Positions 55,891-64,000 of a DNA stretch of 64,000 bases are shown here, one piece after another. Position 1 is the first letter of the stretch. Every line of letters starts with the position of its first letter. This DNA is from Gordius albopunctatus (lineage: Eukaryota). The notes under the pieces were generated by a model, which saw only the letters and a program-made list of their open reading frames with translations, ran no database searches and was not told where the DNA came from. A program made the translations under genes and the position numbers. The stretch covers positions 620,001 to 684,000 of the forward strand of contig OZ193910.1 in assembly GCA_964276515.1 (NCBI GenBank), read 5' to 3'.

Positions 55891-57462
55891 CTATTGAATA
55901 TTGCATTTTTTTGGTGAGTTTTCAAGCAGACTTTTATGAGTGGAATCAAGGTTTGCAGAGTGATTGCTTGGTGGACTTTGAGGCACAATATAGGCATTTG
56001 CAGGATCAGATAAAGTGGAAAAGTGAGGGTTATTACAATTATCACTTTTTATTTTTGATATTAATATTAATTTTTTTATGCATTCAATTTCAGCAATAAT
56101 TTTATTTAACATTTCTAAAATAAACTTTTGGTCGTCAGAAAGGTCATTAAAATTCTGATCATCTTGTTCAGAACAAAGTTGTACTGTCTTGTATTGGTCC
56201 ATTTTCTTTAACAAGGCTTTCAGGCAAATTTGATATTTATTCAAAGCAATATCAAGTGATTTAGGGTCACCAAGGGTTTGATAAGCTTTAGCACCTTCAG
56301 ATAACTTTATGGTAGCATTAATTTCAGGATCGTCTAAAATACTTACCACATTGGCATAACTGGATATATTTAACGAAAAATTTGGGGTTGTATCAGGAGC
56401 TTTGAATTTTACTTTCTCAGCTCTATCTAATATTTCATTAAACAAATTTTCCATCCTTTTATGCTTGTCCAAGTCAACTTCATTTTTAATAAGAGGCAAT
56501 AATGTTTCAGCAGCATTCAAATAAAGATTAAATGCTTTGCTAAAATCACCGACAGTTTCCTTATTATAGGCATCTTGAATTAAATTATTAGCATTTAATA
56601 TTGATTGTTTATTATGTATTGATTGACTAGATACTGGATTTATAATCTCAGTAATAAAGGGATGTCTAAAAAAGTCAGGGAAACTAATTCTCTTATTAGG
56701 ATCCTTTTGCAATAGTTTGTTTAAAAAGTCAATACAAGCTGGGCCAAAATTTTTATGTTGAATTATAATTTTATAGGGAGAGTGCATTTTTTCAAATAGT
56801 TCTTTGTATGATTTGGAAATATAAGGTGGGTTACCATATAAACATTCATATAGAATCACACCAATTGACCACAAATCAGCATTTGGGTTATATTTACGTT
56901 GTAAAAACACTTCAGGTGCCATATATAGTAAAGTGCCTCTTAAAGTATTTAGGTTTTGTGCATCTTGAAAAAATTTGGCTAACCCAAAATCTGCAATTTT
57001 AATAAATAGATCCAAATCAAGACATTTATATTTTAACAATATATTAGATGGTTTTAAATCAAAATGGGATATTTTCATTTGATATAAATAACAAAAAGCT
57101 TGACTTATTTGGACAATAATTTTTTGGGTAAGATATTCTGAAAGTGTACCCTTTTGAGTTAATAGATTAGATAAATCACCTCCTTCACAAAATTCCGTAA
57201 TAATATAAATGTAATAATGATCCCAACGAAATTCAACCATCCTAATAATATTGGGATGTTTAAGAAGTTTTAAAATTGATATTTCGGTTATTAAATTATC
57301 CTTGGCTGCAGGTAATAAAAATTTACGTAGGACACATTTGACAGCAAAAACTTCACCAGTTAAACATCTTGCTTTGTACACATCTCCATAAGCCCCCGCA
57401 CCAACTTTACAATCAAATATAAACGAAGGTAGAGATGGCGTTAAAAATTTATCTTTTGACAT
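55891..57462 (-). CDS. ULK3: ULK3-like (Atg1 family) Ser/Thr kinase with MIT-like C-terminal region, single exon, 523 aa
   Basis: Uninterrupted ORF with GAGAYG, AVK, DNLITEISILK, non-RD SHFDLKP, DFG, LRGTLLYMAPE, DLWSIG, helical MIT-like segments (AFNLYLNAAETLLPLIKNE..ILDRAEKVK) and C-terminal CNIQ. Confidence 0.85.
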   Translation of the reverse strand: MSKDKFLTPSLPSFIFDCKVGAGAYGDVYKARCLTGEVFAVKCVLRKFLLPAAKDNLITEISILKLLKHPNIIRMVEFRWDHYYIYIITEFCEGGDLSNLLTQKGTLSEYLTQKIIVQISQAFCYLYQMKISHFDLKPSNILLKYKCLDLDLFIKIADFGLAKFFQDAQNLNTLRGTLLYMAPEVFLQRKYNPNADLWSIGVILYECLYGNPPYISKSYKELFEKMHSPYKIIIQHKNFGPACIDFLNKLLQKDPNKRISFPDFFRHPFITEIINPVSSQSIHNKQSILNANNLIQDAYNKETVGDFSKAFNLYLNAAETLLPLIKNEVDLDKHKRMENLFNEILDRAEKVKFKAPDTTPNFSLNISSYANVVSILDDPEINATIKLSEGAKAYQTLGDPKSLDIALNKYQICLKALLKKMDQYKTVQLCSEQDDQNFNDLSDDQKFILEMLNKIIAEIECIKKLILISKIKSDNCNNPHFSTLSDPANAYIVPQSPPSNHSANLDSTHKSLLENSPKKCNIQ

Positions 57463-58102
57463 GCATTTTAAATATAAATATGCTTATCAGCTGATATATC
57501 GCATTCATCACAAAATGATTCAAAATGTCGCATTCGTGATATTGCATTCCAATGACAAAGTTTTAGTAAACTTATCACATTTTATGTCCAGACAATATAA
57601 GATTCCTACAATGCATATAATGAAATTTTAAAATATTTACAATTTAACATGGGTGTGTCTTTAAACTTGAATTTTCAGGGTTAGTAATATAGTAGGACCT
57701 ATAAAATCTTGCACTCCACATCCCAAAGATTTAGCTTATATTGTTCGATAGTTAAAAGCTATATATTTGAAGGAATCCACGTTTGTAAGTTCCCATTCGC
57801 CTAAGGTAAGGGATGCACATAGCTGATTTTTATCCGATTTAAACTTTGTCTTCATGTACTCTGTTTTCTTTTAATTTACTCTAAGACCACCTTTTTCCAA
57901 TTACCCATCCATTTACAGTATTAGTCAATTCTTTTTCACTTATTGCACAGAGGACTTTATCGTCTGCTAAGATCATTGCCAAAGGAGCTTCCTCATCCAA
58001 ATTCTTTGTAATAATATCCATTATCATTATGAATAGGAAGAGACTAAGAGCTGATCCTTGATGGACTCCAATGTTGATGGCCAAATCCTTTGTAGTCCCC
58101 AC

Positions 58103-59154
58103 CAGAGACCACTTAAATTTTAATTTTTAGGCGGGCCCGGGCGGGCACGCTGATAAGATTCGGGCTTTTCGGGCATTCCCAAAATTTTATCAAATGATTT
58201 TCCTTGAAAAAAGAAAAATTCGCTTATAAAAAATTTTGGGCCATAATAAATTTGACCAGATTATTTTCCATCGCGTAAATCTTCATTCATTGTACGTTTA
58301 TATAATGTCCTAATTTTGATTTCTTCAAAATTAAATTTTATTTCGAATAAATTAGTTTAACTGGTTTGTCTCAAGATAAAAAATTTTTAATTTTCAGATT
58401 ATATAATAAAAGAATAAAATCACATCGATTTAAACTGCCATGGGCGTAGACAAGGGGGGGGGCAGGAAGGGGCAGCTGCCCCCCTCTAAATTCAAAAATT
58501 TATTGAAATTATGGCTAAATTTTCAAAAAATGATCATTTTGCTCCTCCCTAAATCATTATTGCCCCCCTCTAATTTTAATGCTGGCTACGCCCATGTAAA
58601 CTGCTACTCTAATACTATGGAAGAAACCATTTTACTCTCTGGTAGTAAATTATTACATTTTGATCGCGTTCGCAAATGCTGCCACCCCCATGTTAAATCT
58701 TTGCCCCACTCCATTATGCAAAGGATTGGATTATTTATATTTATGTAGCCATTTCATTGTTCGCAATACACATGTGTGCCGTCTAGACTTAAAACAAAGG
58801 CTAGTGCCATTTTCTAACAATGCGCATAATTGTAATTGTAATTCATTTAATTTTTTAACAACTAAAAATTCGTTCAGTCTTTTTGATTCCTACTTATTTT
58901 TATAATATTCTTTTGCTTCAAATAAAAATTATCATTTAAAAATTTGGACTGGGCCGGGTTCGGGCAGAAAAATTCAAACAAATCCGACCTCTGTTTGAGA
59001 CCTCATAAATTCGGGACTAACGGGCAAATTTAATATTTCGGGCAGGGCAATTCGGGCAGCTTTAACGATTCGGGTAGGCCCGGGCGGGCAATGAAGTTAA
59101 AAAATTGAATCGGGCCGGGTTCGGGCAGAAAATTCCCAACAAATCTGACATCTG
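58103..59154. mobile_element. hAT-like non-autonomous element (CAGAG termini) inserted in the RTE RT region
   Basis: Ends cagagacc and tctgacatctg, ccccac duplicated at both junctions, a second right-end copy ending at 58993. Same family as 63245-63660. Confidence 0.6.
58439..58596. mobile_element. 158-bp hAT MITE, CATGGGCGTAGCC family. Other full or partial copies near 2058, 3200, 3470, 3535, 4605, 11510, 12570, 16740, 17455, 17840, 17980, 18225, 18705, 20825, 21888, 22565, 39405, 45248
   Basis: TIR catgggcgtag / ctacgcccatg with perfect 8-bp TSD taaactgc. G/C homopolymer runs and ccccctctaaat / aaatcattattgcccc cores recur in the other copies. Confidence 0.9.
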
Positions 59155-60739
59155 CCCCACCGTTGTTCTATTTCCCTTATACATATATTTAAAGCCCTGA
59201 CGTATAATTCTGGCACTTAAGTCGATGAAGCACCAGTACAGAACCTCGTCCCTTTCTCTAAATCGTTCCATTAATCTTATAGCACTGTTCAGCGCATCTG
59301 CTGTAGACATCTTTGGCATACATCCGAATTGGTTGTCTCGAATTTTATCTCAACTCCGAAGCCGTTTTTCGATCACGTTTTCGCACATCTTAAAACAGTA
59401 GCTGATAATCTGAATGCCTCTTACTTGTTACTATCCTGAATATCCCCTTTCATCTTGTACATAGGTATAGCTGTCGCTTCACATTTTAAGAATTTTACCC
59501 GTTTTCAAGATATTATCGAAAAGTTTGGCGAAGCTTTGGACACCAGTATTGCCTAAGGCTTTAAAGCCTTTTATTAGTATGTTTTCCGGTCCGGTTCGAG
59601 GGCCTTTCCTGACTTTAGTTTACCCAAAGCAACTTTAACCTTCGTTTCCGGTGAGCAACTTCTAGAGTTTTCGTATCTCCCTCATTCATTAAGCCATAAC
59701 CCCGACCACATTTTTAATTCATAACCTACTCTTAATTTAGGTTTAGGATTATGGGGGGAGGCTAAAGTTGTTTAAGTTCAATAAAGGGGGGGGCATAATT
59801 TTTTTTTAATTTTAAAGGGGCTTTCTATTGAAAAATATTTGTTTTTGCCATTTAGGGGGAGGGGGGGGGCAGGTCTGTTGCAATAACTATGAGCTCATCA
59901 CCAAATTGATATAGCGTATCTTCAGGATTTATTCGAAAATAATATTTTTCCACGTTTGAGCAACCACTTTAAGGAGCGTATTGATATAACGTTTATCGTA
60001 ATAGATTTTAAACAAAGCTGTATCGGAATATTTCTGTCTTTGATTCTTTTAACATCGACGACGGTTTGTTGAAATTCTTCTGATAACACTATACAGAGAC
60101 AGACACCATTCTAATGCGTTTCTAGTTAGCTTTTTAGCCTTCAATTTGGTCTATTGTATACAAGTGTTATCAAATTTTTCCCCCCTTAGAAGGTCAGTCA
60201 ATTATCTGCTCAGGCTTGTCATTAAACAGATATTCCATGACCCAAACTTAATTCTACGCAAATTAATATCTTTAAACTTCCATCTGTGGAGAGAGCCATA
60301 GCCTTCGTTTATTTCCCACACATTCCAGGTAAAGAATATGCGCGACACTTAAGGGGGACCTCCTAGCTTGGTTTTCATGATGTTTATTTGCTCTACTATA
60401 CATTTTGGTTTATATGGAAACAGAGAGTATTGATATCCCGGCTTTCCATGTCTGACGGAACTTTGTTAGATTTGGGCCCCTGACTACTATACCTACTATT
60501 CCATATGAAGCCAGCATTTTGGTAAATTTGTGTTGTAAAAACGGCTGGGTTTTGTTTTTTCGACCATTGTTTTTAGTCGGCTAAACATAAACGGACGAAA
60601 GGTTTGACCAAACATCTTTGGTCTATCTATGCGACTAAGAAAAATAGACTAAAAAACCTTTTGACTTAGACCGACTCATATTGATAGGGTAATTTAGCAC
60701 TTCCATTTCACTAGCATTCCCTCAAAAGCTAAATATTAG

Positions 60740-63100
60740 TCTGACAATTCACCAAGCTTGCCAATTGGGTGGCCCACCCATAACAAACACAAATATGTAT
60801 TTGGCTACCAAAGGTATAGTTTCCTGGATCACGAGAATACACGAGCTAAACTACCTCAAGGTGTTGATGGGTCGGTTGAGTCGCCTTGGAGGGACATAAT
60901 TGCGCGAATAGGGGGAAAAAGTATTAAAATCGCGCAAAGCCTCAGAAAATGTGAATTTCTTTATCTTCACATTTTTCCCTTGATAATGCGCTATAATAGT
61001 ACGGAATATCGCGTTCCATTTCCCTCTACCTGCTTTATCAATCCAAACCCACCGATTTTATACAAAGAAATACACATCTAAATTACACCGGGGAACTAGA
61101 GACCTGCAAAATCAATTTTTTAAGGCCCGGCCCGGGCCCGAATTTTAGCATATTTAAAAACAAGGCCCGGACCCGGCCCTGAATTTTTAGAATTGCAGGA
61201 ATTTAATCAAACTCAATTTTTATAAAATTTTTAATTAAAAAATAAAACGCAGGTAATATAATTATAAATCGATAATGGAACTATTTTGGATGCAAAAAAC
61301 ACAGTCATTAAAAATTTCCGTGTTAAAATTTGTTCTTCGGTCTTAATAAATCCGGCCCGCTAACGAAAAACACCTCTCTCTCGAGGCAAATGAAGCGATT
61401 TTGTATGGTCCCTAACCATTAACTTACTTTTATTCTTCAGTATCAAAATTATTTAAATTAATATAGTCTCTTATTAAAAATTTCGCCTAGATGGCATTAA
61501 TTAGAGTTTATCTATTATTTAGTTTCGGTATCCGTTATAAATCTAGAATGTTTATATATATAAATAAAATCTTGGCGCATAAGGTCAATGCATATCAAAA
61601 TATATTATTCATAGTTTAATGATTTATGTTAAAGTTTAATGCATGAGTACAAAAATAATATAAACATTAAATAATAGTTGACCTAAAATGTTAGCAAAAT
61701 ATTGGATTTTTTTTGAGGTGAACCCCATATTCTATGTAAAGTGCTATTTTTATATTTTATGTATGCTTATAAAATTTAAATTTAGTGATCGAGGAAAATA
61801 ACTAATTTGCGGAAAGATGAAAACAGCTTAATTATTTTCGTCTTGAATATTTAAAATAACTATCAAGTATAAATAATTTTTCAAATCCCTTTTTAAAAAT
61901 TCGATTCGATTTTCGAATCTCACCAGGTAAAAATATTCGAGTCTAAATTCAGACCTAGGAATTCTAATTCGGATTCGAATCGAATCTAGAATCGAATATC
62001 TCCCAAAGGTGTACTTTCCACCATTCCAATATTTCTATTTTTCTCGTTGATCCTTAACTTTATGTAGGTGTGGATTTCCTTTACTTTATAAAATTCTTTC
62101 CGAATATTTTCAGCTATTAGGAGTATATTTTTTTGTTCCATACTCAATCGTTTGTATATTAGAAAAGGCGTAAAATGAATGAATCAATAACTTGTAATTA
62201 ATTGATTTTTTGTAATTATTGTTTTAAGCAGAACAAAAGACTACTTAGACTACTACTTATAAATTATTTACTTCTAAATTATTCCCGGCCCGGAATTTCT
62301 AATCCTCAAAATTTGAGGCCCGAGCCCGGCCCGGGCCTCGGGCCGCCCGTGCAGGTCTCTACGGGGAACTAGGGGAAAATATATATATAGTTTAATTGCT
62401 TTATCCCCATCTGGTTTTCGTTAAAACTCACGATGCGATGGTAATAAATTAAAGTACAAAAGCAGTTGTATGTGGGGACTAGAGTCGGGCAAACAACGGG
62501 ATTGAGATGTCGTAACACCCTCCGTCGCTAACCTACTTCTGAGTTGTGATACTGTGTGGCATTTCAATCTCAGGTCACTTACGACCTACTCTGGTCACGA
62601 CTGGTTTGAATGTATCCCAAGTATCCAGAAGTTTCGTATGTTATGCCCTCCATCTAATTATTAAAGAATATCCCCGCAAAAATTGTCACGAGATAAAAGC
62701 TACCGAGGCTCAACACCCACTCATTACAAGTTAAATAAATATTCCTTTCATCCTCGAACCATCCGATCCTTCTTTAGAAGGTAGGATGTGCCCCTACGGA
62801 GCTTCTATAATCCCCTGGGATGTTGGTAAGTTCCTAGAATGGGACTATAACTGCATTGATATGTTAGCGCCATCTAATAATAATAATAATTTGAACCAAC
62901 ATTTTTGTGCGGAAGATCGAAAAAAACACTCAAATATCGAGTTATGCTCGATCTAAAATTTGTATTCCAATAGTAGCTTCCTGTTCCACCATTCTGGCAA
63001 AAAGCTTTACTATTTTTTAAATTGATAAGAAACAGATCCCCTAAAGCTAGATACTCACCCATCTTATTTTACGTCTAAAAATCGGCATTTTAATAGCTAA
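60740..63100 (+). pseudogene. Decayed CRE-like non-LTR element split by a hAT insertion
   Basis: SGHDWFECIPS and IPFILEP...IIPWDVGKFLEWDYNCIDMLAPS at 62.6-62.9 kb are clear. The left part (LRKCEF) is weaker and boundaries are approximate. Confidence 0.55.
61097..62361. mobile_element. 1265-bp non-autonomous hAT element with transposase C-terminal remnants
   Basis: 12-bp TIR tagagacctgca / tgcaggtctcta, perfect 8-bp TSD cggggaac, minus-strand IEILEWWKVH near 62020. Confidence 0.9.
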
Positions 63101-63197
63101 ATATAATTACAGATCTTTATCGGACGCGTGGCCCTTGTTGGCTATTGACGAATGTGATGACTAGTTTTTTATTTATATAGGTTTATGCTCGTTTATT

Positions 63198-63816
63198 GAG
63201 GCGTAGTGGGTAGAGGTTTAGTCTTTGAAGCAAGAGCTCGTAGGCAAAGACCAGATTTGCCCGGCTCGCTGCCCGCCCGGCCCACGGGCCGGGCAACTGT
63301 CGTAAATTTTAACAAATTTCGGGCGGGCACCATAACAAGATTTGGCCTCAATTTTGTTTTTAAAATAATGTATTATATTGTTTTTGTCTATATTTTGCCA
63401 CTTTTTAAATTGATTTCATAATGTTAGTTAATTCTAGTTCTCATTTAAAAAAAGAATCAAAAATTAAGATAAATTTTTTAAAAAATATAACGATATAAGT
63501 GCTGAAAATTTTAAAACACACCATTTCGGGCCGGGCAGCTGGGATAATTCGGGCATTGTCGGGCGGACACATAGAAGGGTTTGGGCGGGCTCGGGCGGGC
63601 AGATTAATTATAAAATCGGACAGGGTTCAGGCAGAAAAATTCTAACGAATCTGACCTCTGCTCGCAGGTTCAATCCCGCCTCTGGCACTTATTTCAAAAA
63701 AGATTAAAAATCACATCGTCACCACGGCTGTCAGACCTGGATAGCCGAGCATCACCCCTTATCCAAATATCTAAAGAAGCTGACCACCTTAGTGTAACAG
63801 ACAGCTATTGGAATTT
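63198..63816 (+). mobile_element. tRNA-derived SINE interrupted by a hAT MITE
   Basis: A-box-like GGCGTAGTGG (63200) and B-box-like GGTTCAATCC (63667) become correctly spaced once 63245-63660 is removed. 16-bp TSD tttatgctcgtttatt (63182-63197 and 63817-63832). Confidence 0.75.
63245..63660. mobile_element. hAT MITE (CAGAG family)
   Basis: Termini caaagacc / gacctctg, 8-bp TSD ctcgtagg / ctcgcagg, gcccg / cgggc subterminal repeats. Confidence 0.8.
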
Positions 63817-64000
63817 TTTATGCTCGTTTATTCTAAGAGCATTTTAAGAAAAATAAATATTTACTTTCCGTGAGGGGAGACTGTTACATTTGTGTTCAGT
63901 GAGAAGGATGGAACATTTACCTTTAGTGAGGGGATACAGTGACAGGGGGGAGGGAAGAGTGTATGCTTGATGCTTGCCCCGACAATTGAATCAATAGTTA

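Larger units (their letters stand above)
57735..60400 (-). mobile_element. Second, heavily decayed RTE-like LINE with nested MITEs
   Basis: Endonuclease remnants (FGSWNI, VVDVKR) at 59.9-60.3 kb and RT remnants (CFIDL, GVHQGSALS, ILADD) at 57.8-59.7 kb. Boundaries approximate. Confidence 0.7.

Overview
Very AT-rich eukaryotic DNA, most likely from an invertebrate animal (organism not identifiable from sequence alone), with a 200-N scaffold gap at 31398-31597. Six host genes can be spliced by hand: a probably secreted vWA-domain protein (-, runs off the left edge), a large USP53/USP54/echinus-like gene (+, 10.7-24.6 kb) whose catalytic Cys appears lost, DDX51 (-), CDK8 with a long Q/N-rich tail (-), arginase (+) and an intronless ULK3-like kinase (-). 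Many introns are only 36-54 nt. The rest is a dense, nested transposon landscape: several hAT MITE families with 8-bp TSDs, a Charlie/SPIN-like hAT in an arginase intron, a deleted piggyBac, a THAP relic, two non-autonomous Helitrons with different cargo, a Helentron/DINE-like element with tandem tRNA-like repeats, RTE-like LINEs, CRE-like non-LTR pieces, a solo-LTR-like insert and a tRNA-derived SINE. No clearly new multi-gene system was found. The best leads are the pseudo-DUB, the tRNA-repeat Helentron, the putative ULK3 retrogene and the altered arginase pocket. All homology calls are motif recognition from memory, not database searches.
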